Shown: positions 8,615-18,794 of the stretch, in pieces
Layout: each line of letters opens with the position of its first letter
Numbering within the stretch: position 1 is the first letter of the stretch
Notes under the pieces: model-generated
What the model saw: only the letters and a program-made list of their open reading frames with translations
The model's database searches: none
Told to the model about the DNA's origin: nothing
Position numbers and translations under genes: made by a program
NCBI GenBank assembly: GCA_049320885.1
Contig: JBMORA010000028.1
Span: 32,001-96,000 of the forward strand
Origin: Thermodesulfobacteriota bacterium
GTDB taxonomy: Bacteria; Desulfobacterota; Desulfobacteria; Desulfobacterales; SURF-7
Reading direction: 5' to 3'
DNA length: 64,000 nucleotides

Positions 8615-10107
8615 ACAAATTGCCACAAAAACCGGAAGGATCTGCACCAGAACGGGAAAACCACCTCAAGCGGCTGCACGCAGCGGAAGCGCGCTGCGAA
8701 CAGGCCGAAAAACTGGTCCAGGAAATCGAGAAGCGCAACCGCTTGCTGGGAGACAGCGCCCCCTTCGGTATTTTCACCATGGACATAACGGGTCACATCA
8801 CGGGCATGAACCGCAAAATGGAAGAAATGTTTCCCCGGACCGCCGGCGAAGGAACCGTGCTGGTCAACCTCTTTGAATTCCCACCCCTCCGGGAAGCCGG
8901 CATTGTTCAGGATGTTGAGCGCTGCATCGAACAGCGGCAAACCGTCATCAACAGCCATCCCTGCGTGAACGCCAACGGGAATTGCCTTCAGCTGCGCTAC
9001 ACGGTCAGTCCCGTATTGGACGACACGGGAACGGTGACAGGGGTTTTGGCCTTTGTGGAAGACATCACCAACCTGAAACTGGCGGAAGTGGCGATCCGGG
9101 AAAGCGAGGACCGCTACCGCTTGCTGTTTCAATCAGCGCCGGTGGCCCTGATCGAAAGGGACGCGTCCCTGCTCAAAATCCATCTGGAGACCCTGCGGAA
9201 GAACGGCGTTCAAGACTTCCACGCATACCTCACCGACAACCCCGAAGCCATCACCGCCTGCATGGGCATGATCCGGACGGTGGATTACAACGAAGCCTTC
9301 CTGAAGTTGATGGAGGCCCGGGACAGGGAAGAACTGGCCCAAGGTTTCCTGCCCGTTGATCCCGAGGAATACATTCGCATGGCCAGGGAGATCATCGTGA
9401 TGTGCGCCGACGGGAACCTTGCCCGCGAACGGGAGGAAACCGTTCGAACCATCAGGGGCAACGTCAAAAACGTGATCATCAAGTCCCTGCTGGTCACCGG
9501 CCATGAAGACACCTACGCCCGGATCGTCATTTCCCTGGTGGACATCAGCATGCGCAAACAGGCGGAGGAGGCCCTCCGCGCCAGCGAGCAGCATTTCCGG
9601 GAACAGGCCATGCGCGACATTTTGACCGGGCTTTACAACCGCCGCTATCTCTACCATTCCCTCGACGAATTGATCTCGGCGGCCAGACGGCTCCAATCCA
9701 CCGTTTCCGTTGTTTTCATGGACCTGGACGATTTCAAGAAGGTGGTGGACACCCACGGTCATCTGAACGGCAGCCGGGCCATTCAGGAAGTGGCCGCGAC
9801 CATCAACGCGACCATGGAGAAACCGGCCTATGCCGTGGCCTACGCCGGCGATGAATTCGTGCTGGTGCTTCCGGGTTACGAACAGGCCCGGGCCGAGGAA
9901 AAAGCGCGCCAGGTCCGCTCCCGGATCCGGGCAACAACATATCTTCGGGAACTCGGTATCTCCCTGCAGCTTCAGGCAAGTTTCGGCATCGCCACCTTTC
10001 CTTATCATGCCGCCGACATGAACGGGTTGCTGGCGTCGGCCGACAAGGCCTTGTTTTCCATCAAAGCCAAGGGCAAAAACGCCATCGGCTGGGCGGAGCC
10101 GGCCTAA
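8611..10107 (+). CDS. PAS-domain diguanylate cyclase (AGDEF variant)
   Basis: Two PAS/PAC regions, DILTGLYNRR, DLDDFKKVVDTHGHLNGS, YAGDEF. ATGA overlap with the kinase stop at 8611-8614. Confidence 0.88.
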   Translation: MNKLPQKPEGSAPERENHLKRLHAAEARCEQAEKLVQEIEKRNRLLGDSAPFGIFTMDITGHITGMNRKMEEMFPRTAGEGTVLVNLFEFPPLREAGIVQDVERCIEQRQTVINSHPCVNANGNCLQLRYTVSPVLDDTGTVTGVLAFVEDITNLKLAEVAIRESEDRYRLLFQSAPVALIERDASLLKIHLETLRKNGVQDFHAYLTDNPEAITACMGMIRTVDYNEAFLKLMEARDREELAQGFLPVDPEEYIRMAREIIVMCADGNLAREREETVRTIRGNVKNVIIKSLLVTGHEDTYARIVISLVDISMRKQAEEALRASEQHFREQAMRDILTGLYNRRYLYHSLDELISAARRLQSTVSVVFMDLDDFKKVVDTHGHLNGSRAIQEVAATINATMEKPAYAVAYAGDEFVLVLPGYEQARAEEKARQVRSRIRATTYLRELGISLQLQASFGIATFPYHAADMNGLLASADKALFSIKAKGKNAIGWAEPA

Positions 10108-10148
10108 ACCCGGTCCGATTCAATGGCTGGAAGCATGAACGAAAGGGA

Positions 10149-11060
10149 TTACCATTTTTTATACCGCCAGAAGGCGAAAAAACCGGCAACCGAAATAGCG
10201 GCCAGCAATAGAATCCCGTAAAAGGCATAGCCGAGTCCGGAAAAAGGAATCGGCACATTCATCGAGAAGGCGCTGACCACGAAGGTGGGAACCATGATGG
10301 CGATGGTGATGATGTTCAATGTCTTCATCAGGATGTTCAAGTTGTTGCTGACAATGGAAGCCCTCGCATCCATCATGCTGGATAGAATATTGGAATAAAT
10401 CTCGGCGATGCGGTAACACTGGCTGTTATCGATGGACAGGTCCTCCACCATTTCCTTTTCCAGCTCGTTGAGCTGGATCTTCTGGGTGTTGGTGAGTCGC
10501 TGCAGCAACATGCCATTGGAATTAATGGCATTCAGGTAGTACACGAGCCCCTTGCTGAGAGAAAACATGAAAATCAGGTATTTGTTTTCCATGGACTGGT
10601 TGATCTTGTTTTCCAGGTCGTCGGAAATCTGATTGATGATACGCAGATGTTCCATAAAATGATAGATGCAGTACCCCAACAGTTTGAGAAGCAGGGATTT
10701 CAGGCTGGTGATCTTGGCGAACCGTTTTTCGGCCGCAAAGGGGATATCGGTATCCGAAACAATGAGGATTTTGTTGTCAAACAGAAAAATTCCCATGGAA
10801 GAAACCTGGAACTTGAACATGTCGTCACTGGAATAGCTTTTCGGTTTCTTCACGATCAAGGCGACATGATCGGTCTCGAACTCGATGCGGGAGATCTCAT
10901 CCGGATCCAAGGCCGACTGCAGGGTGTGCTCGTCCAGATGCTCCCTGCCGATCAGGGTTTTCCTTTCCTCTTCGGTGGGGTTCAGAATCAAAAAGACAAC
11001 CGCCCGTTCCGGCTCGGAAACGACAATTTTTCGGTCTTCGATGGTATAATATTGAATCAT
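10149..11060 (-). CDS. corA: CorA-family divalent cation (Mg2+) transporter
   Basis: SALDPDEISRIE, SIVSNNLNILMKTLNIIT and two C-terminal TM helices. Signature reads SMN instead of GMN. Confidence 0.85.
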   Translation of the reverse strand: MIQYYTIEDRKIVVSEPERAVVFLILNPTEEERKTLIGREHLDEHTLQSALDPDEISRIEFETDHVALIVKKPKSYSSDDMFKFQVSSMGIFLFDNKILIVSDTDIPFAAEKRFAKITSLKSLLLKLLGYCIYHFMEHLRIINQISDDLENKINQSMENKYLIFMFSLSKGLVYYLNAINSNGMLLQRLTNTQKIQLNELEKEMVEDLSIDNSQCYRIAEIYSNILSSMMDARASIVSNNLNILMKTLNIITIAIMVPTFVVSAFSMNVPIPFSGLGYAFYGILLLAAISVAGFFAFWRYKKW

Positions 11061-11295
11061 GTTGAATGCCTCATGTATCGCACGCCGATAGACCCGACCG
11101 GACAAACCCGCACTTCCCGATCCTTTTCTCACAGACCCGGAAAAATCGCAAGATTTCTGATGGGTTCATGACGGAACCGGCGACATTATGGATTCCCATC
11201 CGTGTCCGGCTGTGGTATTATCCTGAAAATTTTCCTTGTGGGAAAGGTGAAAAAATACGGATCATTATCCCCCCCCCAAAAAACAGGAGGAGCCC

Positions 11296-12138
11296 ATGGG
11301 CAACAACCCCTTTACCCATCGAATTGTCTTGGTCGGCATGCTGATGACCCTCGCCGGTACATGGGCGTACGGTCTGGAAACCACAGCCGGATTGCGGGAA
11401 GTCTCCACCGGAGATGAGCATTATTTCGTCCGCGAAATCAACGGCAAAGAACAGAAGAACGGACCGTACACGAAATTTCACGAGAACGGACAAAAACTCA
11501 TGGAGGGAAATTACAGCGAAGGACGCAAAGAGGGCAAATGGTCCTACTGGAGCGATGACGGAAAATGTATCAAGGAGGAATCCTATCTGGACGGTAAAAA
11601 GCACGGCCAATGGAGCGAATGGTATTTCAACGGGAAAAAGCGCTTTGAAATGGAATATCGGGACGACAAGCCGGTGGGAACCCGGCAGGAATGGCACATG
11701 GACGGCAGCAGGAAATCCGAAACCGTCTACACGCACAATGGGAACGATTTGTCGGCGGTTCAAACCGGCTGGTACACCAACGGCAAGCAGGAGTCCAGGG
11801 CGGAATACGTCAACGGCCGATTGAACGGTGTGGAGACCCGCTGGTATCCCAACGGACAAAAGAAAAGCGAGTTTCACTATCAAAACGGGCAACGCAACGG
11901 TCGGTGTGAAGAATGGCATGACAACGGCAAACCGAAATCCGCCGACACGTTTGTCCTGGGGAAAAAAACCGGACGGTCAACGGAATGGTTCGAAAACGGT
12001 CAAAAAAAATCCGAAGGCTCTTATGACAGCGGCAAGCAGGGTCTATGGACCTTCTATGACCAGACCGGGAAAATTGAGAGGCAGATCCGCTATCGGAACG
12101 GCCTGGTCATGCCGGACGATGATAAAACCGATGAATAG
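11296..12138 (+). CDS. Exported MORN-variant repeat protein (YwqK-like)
   Basis: Signal peptide, then about nine ~24-aa repeats of the type G-x-W-x-x-W-Y-x-N-G-Q-K-K-S-E. GGAGG RBS. Confidence 0.85.
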   Translation: MGNNPFTHRIVLVGMLMTLAGTWAYGLETTAGLREVSTGDEHYFVREINGKEQKNGPYTKFHENGQKLMEGNYSEGRKEGKWSYWSDDGKCIKEESYLDGKKHGQWSEWYFNGKKRFEMEYRDDKPVGTRQEWHMDGSRKSETVYTHNGNDLSAVQTGWYTNGKQESRAEYVNGRLNGVETRWYPNGQKKSEFHYQNGQRNGRCEEWHDNGKPKSADTFVLGKKTGRSTEWFENGQKKSEGSYDSGKQGLWTFYDQTGKIERQIRYRNGLVMPDDDKTDE

Positions 12139-12175
12139 ACACCGCATGCCGGTCGGCGAAAACCGAATTGGGAAG

Positions 12176-14593
12176 ATGATGGGCAAGGGGAAGCAGAAAA
12201 TAAGCATTCAAAGACTTTTCCGGCGGGGCATGATGGTTTCGGTCCTGTTTTCCATCGGGCTCCTGAACCTGATCTGGCTGGAAAATGAATATTCGGCTTT
12301 TGTTTCCGAATCCGAATCCGTCCGCGCCGATTATCTGAGCAGGCAGCAGAACCAGCTCCGAAAAGAGGTGCGGGATGTGGTGGCGTATATCCAGTACATG
12401 AAAGCCCAGACGGAAACCCGGTTGAAAACCTCCATTCGGAACAGGGTTTACGAGGCTTGCCAGGTGGCCCAATACCTGCATGAACAACATTCGGCCGGCA
12501 AATCGCCGGACGAAATCAAAAAGATGATCAAGGACGCCCTGCGTCCGGTGCGCTTCAACAACGGCCGCGGTTATTATTTCGCCTTTACCCTGGACGGCAT
12601 CGAGGAATTGTTCGCCGACCGCCCGGAAATGGAAGGCAGGGACATGCTCGAGGTCCAGGGCGCAAGCGGGGAATATGTTGTCAGGGACATGATAGCCCTC
12701 ATCCGCGACCAGGGGGAAGGCTTCTACCAGTATACCTGGTCCAAGCCCAATCAGGCCCGGGGGCATTACCCGAAAATCGCTTTCGTCAAATTGTTCGAGC
12801 CTTTTGGCTGGGGAATCGGCACGGGCGAATACCTGGATGACGTGGAAGCCGAAATCCAGGACGAAGCCCTGGAACGCATCGTCACCCTGCGATTCGGCGA
12901 GGAGGGCTATTTCTTCGGCAGCGTATACGGCGGCGCGCCCCTGTTCACCAACGGCAGGATCACCAGAGGAAGCGCCTCCATCTGGGAACTGACGGATCCG
13001 GACGGCGTCAAAATCATCCAGGAGCAGCAGAAAGCGGCGGGCAAGCCGGAAGGAGGGTTCGTCTTCTACAGCTGGAATAAACTGAACTCCGCCTCCCCCT
13101 CCCCCAAAATGTCTTTTGTCATGGGGGTTCCGGAATGGAAATGGATCATCGGCGCCGGTCTGTATATCGACACCGTGGAAGCCAAGATCGCCGCCAATGA
13201 AACCCTGCTCCGGAAAAAACTTCTGGAATCCATCCTCAAGAGCGGAATCATTCTTGTCCTGCTGTTACTCGTCATCTTTGTCTGGGTCCATCACCAGGCC
13301 AATCGAATTCGAAGCGGATTGCGGATCTTTTCCGATTTCTTCCAGAAAGCCGCCACCGAACTCAGCCCCATGAATCCGACGGTCCTCCCCTTTCAGGAAT
13401 TCGATGAAATCGCCGTTTCCGTGAACCGGATGCTTCAGGACCGCGGGGAAGTGGAAGCCCATCTGAAAGCAAGTGAGGAACGCTTCCGCACCCTGGTGGA
13501 ACAGGCCGGGGATGCCATCTATTTCGCCGATTTTTCAACCGGCGCGCTGCTGGACGTGAACCAGGCGGCGGTCCGGGAGCTGGGATATTCCCGGGAGGAG
13601 CTCCTCGGCATGCACGTCATGAATATTGACGGGGAGTTCACGAAATATGAAAGCGTGAAAACGCTGTGGGAAAAATTGACCCCCGGCCAGCCGGTCACCT
13701 TTGAAAGCAAGCACACCCGTAGGGACGGCTCGGTTTTTCCGGTGGAAATCCGCATCGGCCTCATCGAAATCCAGGGCAGGCATGGCGTCCTGGGCATCGC
13801 CCGCAACATAACGGAGCGCAACCATCTCCTGCAGCAGGTCCAGCAGGCCCACAAAATGGAGGCCATCGGAACCCTGGCGGGCGGGATCGCGCATGATTTC
13901 AACAATATTCTGGGAATCATCATCGGCAATGCGGAACTGGCCGTCGACGATGTTCCGGACTGGAACCCGGCCCGCTCGTTTTTGGAGGAAATCCGCAAGG
14001 CGAGCCTGAGAGCCAAGGAGGTGGTCCGCCAGATCCTCAGTTTCAGCCGCATGAACGAGGAACGGCGGGAGCCGCTCGACATCCTTCCGATCATCCAGGA
14101 ATCCATCCAGATGTTGCGCTCCATCATTCCGGCCGATATCGAATTCCGCGCCCACCTGCCCGCGGAATGTCCGGCCGTGATGGCGGATGCCACTCAAATC
14201 CACCAGATCATGATCAACCTCTGCACCAACGCCGCCCATGCCATGGAAACAAGCGGCGGGGTTCTGGATATCATCCTGGCGGAAATCCAGGTGACAGGGG
14301 AGGACCTGAGACCGGGGGACGAAACCCTGCCGGGGGCCTATCTGCGCCTGACCATCCGCGATACCGGCCCGGGCATCGCCCCGGAACATCTGCCGCGGAT
14401 CTTCGATCCCTATTTCACCACCAAGGAGATCGGAAAAGGATCGGGCATGGGGCTGGCAGTGGTTCATGGGATCGTCAAACGCCACAACGGATTTATCCGG
14501 GTGAACAGCCAAGTGGATCAGGGAACCGCCATGGATGTATACCTGCCGGTGATTTCAGACAAGAGTTGTCCGTTGCCGCAAGGGAGCCACTGA
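12176..14593 (+). CDS. Cache-domain/PAS sensor histidine kinase
   Basis: TM, two Cache-like domains (LRPVRFNNGRGYYF, PFGWGIGTGEY, WKWIIGAGLY), TM, PAS, then LAGGIAHDFNNIL and FTTKEIGKGSGMGL. Start approximate. Confidence 0.9.
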   Translation: MMGKGKQKISIQRLFRRGMMVSVLFSIGLLNLIWLENEYSAFVSESESVRADYLSRQQNQLRKEVRDVVAYIQYMKAQTETRLKTSIRNRVYEACQVAQYLHEQHSAGKSPDEIKKMIKDALRPVRFNNGRGYYFAFTLDGIEELFADRPEMEGRDMLEVQGASGEYVVRDMIALIRDQGEGFYQYTWSKPNQARGHYPKIAFVKLFEPFGWGIGTGEYLDDVEAEIQDEALERIVTLRFGEEGYFFGSVYGGAPLFTNGRITRGSASIWELTDPDGVKIIQEQQKAAGKPEGGFVFYSWNKLNSASPSPKMSFVMGVPEWKWIIGAGLYIDTVEAKIAANETLLRKKLLESILKSGIILVLLLLVIFVWVHHQANRIRSGLRIFSDFFQKAATELSPMNPTVLPFQEFDEIAVSVNRMLQDRGEVEAHLKASEERFRTLVEQAGDAIYFADFSTGALLDVNQAAVRELGYSREELLGMHVMNIDGEFTKYESVKTLWEKLTPGQPVTFESKHTRRDGSVFPVEIRIGLIEIQGRHGVLGIARNITERNHLLQQVQQAHKMEAIGTLAGGIAHDFNNILGIIIGNAELAVDDVPDWNPARSFLEEIRKASLRAKEVVRQILSFSRMNEERREPLDILPIIQESIQMLRSIIPADIEFRAHLPAECPAVMADATQIHQIMINLCTNAAHAMETSGGVLDIILAEIQVTGEDLRPGDETLPGAYLRLTIRDTGPGIAPEHLPRIFDPYFTTKEIGKGSGMGLAVVHGIVKRHNGFIRVNSQVDQGTAMDVYLPVISDKSCPLPQGSH

Positions 14594-14602
14594 AAGGATA
14601 AC

Positions 14603-16747
14603 ATGACAAAACAGAGACTCACCCGCTTGGTCGTGATCGCCCTGATCGCGCTGCTGACCTACTGCTTTCTGGCCTACGACCTGGGCCGTTTTCTGACCCT
14701 GGCGTATCTGAAAAACCGTCAGCAGGCTTTTCTGGATGTTTATGCCAGCCATCCGGTGATGACCCCGGCGGTCTATATGGGGATCTACATCCTGACCACC
14801 GCCCTCTCCCTTCCGGGAGCGGTCGTGCTCACCCTGGCGGGGGGCGCCCTGTTCGGTCTGTTCACCGGAGTCGTCCTGGTTTCCTTCGCCAGCACCATCG
14901 GCGCCACCCTGGCATTCCTGGCTTCCCGCCTTTTATTGCGCGATTTCGTCCAGAAACGATTCGGGGACAAACTTGCCGCGGTCAATAAAGGCATCGACCG
15001 GGACGGCGAACTCTATCTGTTTACCCTGCGCCTGGTGCCGCTGTTCCCATTTTTCGTGATCAACCTGGTCATGGGCCTGACGTCCATCCGCGTCGCCCGG
15101 TTTTATGCGGTCAGTCAACTGGGCATGCTGGCCGGCACCATCGTTTATGTCAACGCCGGGACCCAGCTGGCCGGAATCGATTCCCTGCAGGGGATTCTGT
15201 CTCCCGGCCTGTTGCTGTCGTTTGCCCTGCTGGGAATCTTTCCCATCGGCGCCAAAAAGCTGGCGGCTCTGCTCAAGACCCGCCGGACCCTTGGACGGTA
15301 TTCAAAACCCCCGCGCTTCGATTACAACCTGGTGGTGATCGGCGCCGGCTCCGCCGGTCTGGTGACCGCCTACATCGCCGCAGCCGTCCGCGCCGAGGTC
15401 GCTCTCATTGAGAAGCACCGGATGGGCGGCGATTGCCTCCATACCGGCTGCGTACCGAGCAAAGCGCTGATCCGTTCGGCGAGGATCCTGTCGCTGGGCC
15501 GCCGCGCCCGGGAATTCGGCCTGGAATCCATCCAATTGGAATTTGATTTCGCAAAGGTCATGGAACGGGTGCGGGAGGTGATCCGAAAGATCGAACCCCA
15601 TGATTCGGTGGAACGCTACACCGGGCTGGGGGTCCGGGTCTTCGAAGGAGAAGCCCGGGTGCTCACCCCCTATGAGGTGGAAGTAGACGGACGGCGGTTG
15701 ACCACCCGCAACATCGTCATCGCAACCGGCGCCCGGCCCGTGGTGCCGCCCATCAAGGGAATCGAACAAATCCCCTACCTGACCTCGGATAATCTCTGGG
15801 AAATCCGCGAACTGCCCCGGCGCCTGATCGTGCTGGGCGGCGGACCCATCGGCTGTGAACTGACCCAGGCCTTCGCCCGCTTCGGCTCCCGGGTGACCCA
15901 GGTGGAGATGACCCCGCGCATCCTTCCCCGGGAAGATCCGGAAATCAGTGACCTGATGCTACAGCGCTTTGCATCCGAAGACATCCGGGTGTTGACCGGG
16001 CACCGGGCCCTGGAAGTGCTGGTGGACAAGGGTCGGAAAATCCTGGTGTGTGACCACCGGGGAGGGCTCGTCCGGTTGGAATTCGACGAAATATTGATTG
16101 CCGTGGGGCGCATCGCCAACACCAGCGGGTTCGGCCTGGAGGAACTCGGTATAACCGTCGCCCGGAATGGCGCGCTGGAAACGGATCCCTTCCTGCGAAC
16201 CAATTTCCCGAACATCTATTGCGCCGGTGACGTGACCGGCCCCTATCAATTCACCCACGCCGCGGCCCATCAGGCCTGGTATGCGGCGGTGAATTCCCTG
16301 TTCGGCGGGCTGAAACGCTTTCCGGTGGATTATCGGGTGATTCCCTGGTGCACCTTTACGGACCCGGAAGTGGCCCGGGTGGGAATCAATGAAACCGAAG
16401 CCCGGGAAAAGGGCATTCCCCATGAAGTCACCCGTTACGGCCTGGAGGATCTGGACCGGGCCATCGCCGATGCCGAGGATCGCGGCCTGGTGAAAGTACT
16501 GACCCCGCCGGGCAAGGACAAGATTGTAGGCGTAACCATCGTCGGCCCCCATGCCGGCGACCTTCTCGCCGAGTATGTCCTGGCCATGAAACACGGTCTT
16601 GGGCTCAACAAAATTCTGGGAACCATCCATATTTATCCGACCCTGGCGGAAGCCAACAAATACGCGGCCGGCGCCTGGAAAAAAGCCCATGCGCCGGAAA
16701 AACTGCTCCGCTGGGTGGAAAAATACCATGCCTGGAGGAGAACATGA
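14603..16747 (+). CDS. VTT/TVP38 domain fused to a pyridine nucleotide-disulfide oxidoreductase (Lpd/MerA-like)
   Basis: N-terminal LRLVPLFPFFVINL. GAGSAG, redox-active GGDCLHTGCVPSK, GGGPIGCE and HIYPTLAE. Confidence 0.9.
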   Translation: MTKQRLTRLVVIALIALLTYCFLAYDLGRFLTLAYLKNRQQAFLDVYASHPVMTPAVYMGIYILTTALSLPGAVVLTLAGGALFGLFTGVVLVSFASTIGATLAFLASRLLLRDFVQKRFGDKLAAVNKGIDRDGELYLFTLRLVPLFPFFVINLVMGLTSIRVARFYAVSQLGMLAGTIVYVNAGTQLAGIDSLQGILSPGLLLSFALLGIFPIGAKKLAALLKTRRTLGRYSKPPRFDYNLVVIGAGSAGLVTAYIAAAVRAEVALIEKHRMGGDCLHTGCVPSKALIRSARILSLGRRAREFGLESIQLEFDFAKVMERVREVIRKIEPHDSVERYTGLGVRVFEGEARVLTPYEVEVDGRRLTTRNIVIATGARPVVPPIKGIEQIPYLTSDNLWEIRELPRRLIVLGGGPIGCELTQAFARFGSRVTQVEMTPRILPREDPEISDLMLQRFASEDIRVLTGHRALEVLVDKGRKILVCDHRGGLVRLEFDEILIAVGRIANTSGFGLEELGITVARNGALETDPFLRTNFPNIYCAGDVTGPYQFTHAAAHQAWYAAVNSLFGGLKRFPVDYRVIPWCTFTDPEVARVGINETEAREKGIPHEVTRYGLEDLDRAIADAEDRGLVKVLTPPGKDKIVGVTIVGPHAGDLLAEYVLAMKHGLGLNKILGTIHIYPTLAEANKYAAGAWKKAHAPEKLLRWVEKYHAWRRT

Positions 16748-17499
16748 ACATATTTGCAACAAGAAGTTTCGCTTTACTGGCCTTGGCCTCGGTTTTCTCC
16801 GTCACCGGCCGGGCGATTCCCGCGGAAATCGCCTCCCATGACATCCTGGACGGATTGCTGCAACGCCATGTCCGGGACGGCCTTGTCAATTATTCCGGCT
16901 TCCAGCGGGAAGAGGCCCTTCTTGACCGGTATCTCGCCATCCTGGAAACGGCGGCGCCGGACAAGATGACGCGCAACGACCGCTACGCGTTTTACATCAA
17001 CGCCTACAATGCCTGGACCATCAAGCTGATCCTGTCAAAATACCCGGACATCCGCTCCATCAAGGATCTCGGCGGCCTGTTTTCCAGCCCCTGGAAAAAG
17101 AAAATCTGCCGGCTCAATGGAAAGCTCCTCACCCTGGATGACATCGAGCATGGTATTTTACGTCCCCAATTCCAGGATCCCCGGGTCCATTTCGCCGTCA
17201 TCTGCGCATCCAAAGGCTGTCCGGCGATTCGAGCCGAAGCCTACCGCGGCGAAATTCTGGACCGGCAGCTGGATTCGGCGACAGAGGATTTTCTGAACGA
17301 TCCCCGCAAAAACCATCTCAAAGGCGACACGCTCTATGTCAGCAAAATTTTCGACTGGTTTGAAGAAGATTTCCAGGGCGATGTGCCGGGGTTCTTTCTG
17401 AAATACGCCGGAAAGGAGCTGAAAGCAGCCATCCGGCAGACCGGCAGCCGCCTCCGGATCGCCTATCTGGACTACGATTGGAGTTTGAACAAGAACTGA
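16744..17499 (+). CDS. DUF547 domain exported protein
   Basis: Signal peptide, AFYINAYNAWT, LDDIEHGILR, DPRVHFAVICASKGCP, SKIFDWF, YDWSLN. ATGA overlap with the upstream gene. Confidence 0.9.
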   Translation: MNIFATRSFALLALASVFSVTGRAIPAEIASHDILDGLLQRHVRDGLVNYSGFQREEALLDRYLAILETAAPDKMTRNDRYAFYINAYNAWTIKLILSKYPDIRSIKDLGGLFSSPWKKKICRLNGKLLTLDDIEHGILRPQFQDPRVHFAVICASKGCPAIRAEAYRGEILDRQLDSATEDFLNDPRKNHLKGDTLYVSKIFDWFEEDFQGDVPGFFLKYAGKELKAAIRQTGSRLRIAYLDYDWSLNKN

Positions 17500-17505
17500 C
17501 CTTTT

Positions 17506-18762
17506 TTACTGTCGGCGTTTTTTCGCCCGAGCGGCCCGCCGGAGGGAACTGGTGCGCTGAAAACCGAAAAAAAGCCGTACCACCCAGGCCATGATTTTCA
17601 TGCCGCTTCCTTCGAATGTCCGGGCCACATCCTCCAGCAGGGACTGGATGGGCAATCCCTGGGGGCAGGCCTTTTCGCATTGCCCGCATTTTTCGCACAG
17701 CGACGCATGGGCCGGATTGGTGCCGAAGGCCCCGGACAGTCGGCTCAGGTAAAACAGGCGGGCGGTCTTCTGGTCGTCAAACATGTGAAAACTGTTATAG
17801 ATCTCGAAGCAACCGGGGATATCCACACCCGCGGGACAGGGCATGCAGTACCGGCAGCCGGTGCAACCGGCTTTCATCAGCCGGCGATAGGTTTCCTCGA
17901 CGCGGTCCACCAATGACAGTTCCTGATCCGACAGGGAATGGGGCCGTCCTTCCGCGGCGATGCGGATATTTTCAGCGATGTGTTGCTCCTCGTTCATGCC
18001 GGAAAGCACCATGGTGATTTCCGGATGATTCCAGAGCCATCGGAACGCCCATTCCGCCGGAGTGCGCTTGACAGGGGCTTCGTTCCAGACGGCCGCCACC
18101 TCCCGGGGCACCCTCCCCGCCAGATTCCCGCCGCGCAACGGCTCCATGATGACGATACCCAGTTGTTTCCCGGCCGCATATTCCAGTCCGGCTTTCCCGG
18201 CCTGGGAAAAACGGTCCAGAAAATTATACTGGATCTGACAGAGTTGCCAATCATAGGCATCCACAATTTCCGTGAATGTATCGGGGGCGCCGTGAAACGA
18301 AAACCCTGCATGGAGAATGCGGCCATCCTGTCTGGCCCGGTCCAGAAATGTCAGGACATCCATCTGCAGCAGTTTGTTCCAGTTTTTCTTCTCCAGGGCG
18401 TGCAGCAGATAATAGTCGATGTGATCCGTCCGCAACCGGTCCAATTGGGCGTTCAGAATGCGATCCAAATCCTCGGCTTTTTTCACCGACCAGGGCGGCA
18501 GTTTGGTGGCGATCCGGACTTTCGCCCGCAGGCCGTCGGCCAATGCGTTTCCCAGAAAGGGTTCGCTGTCGCCCATGTGGTAGGGCATGGCCGTATCCAG
18601 ATAATTGACCCCCTGATCCACCGCCTGATGGAGCTGACGAAGCGCCCTCTTTTGATCGATTTTTCCGTCCCCGGCTTTTCCCTTTGTCTGGGGCAGCCGC
18701 ATGCAGCCGAATCCGAGGATGGATAGCCTGTCGCCTGTTTTCGGAACATCGCGGTACAGCAT
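17506..18762 (-). CDS. Aldo/keto reductase with C-terminal 4Fe-4S domain
   Basis: SILGFGCMRLP, GVNYLDTA, IATKLP, IMEPLRGG, CTGCRYCMPCP, CEKCGQCEKACPQ. Start moved to ATG 18762. Confidence 0.92.
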   Translation of the reverse strand: MLYRDVPKTGDRLSILGFGCMRLPQTKGKAGDGKIDQKRALRQLHQAVDQGVNYLDTAMPYHMGDSEPFLGNALADGLRAKVRIATKLPPWSVKKAEDLDRILNAQLDRLRTDHIDYYLLHALEKKNWNKLLQMDVLTFLDRARQDGRILHAGFSFHGAPDTFTEIVDAYDWQLCQIQYNFLDRFSQAGKAGLEYAAGKQLGIVIMEPLRGGNLAGRVPREVAAVWNEAPVKRTPAEWAFRWLWNHPEITMVLSGMNEEQHIAENIRIAAEGRPHSLSDQELSLVDRVEETYRRLMKAGCTGCRYCMPCPAGVDIPGCFEIYNSFHMFDDQKTARLFYLSRLSGAFGTNPAHASLCEKCGQCEKACPQGLPIQSLLEDVARTFEGSGMKIMAWVVRLFFGFQRTSSLRRAARAKKRRQ

Positions 18763-18794
18763 GGTGGTTGTCTCCTGTCGGGAAAAATCCGCTA

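Noticed and set aside
11296..12138. Toxin-antitoxin or immunity system (YwqK antitoxin)
   Set aside because: No adjacent toxin gene. The similarity reflects only the generic repeat.
14603..16747. Mercuric reductase merA
   Set aside because: No N-terminal metal-binding domain, no C-terminal Cys pair and no mer operon.
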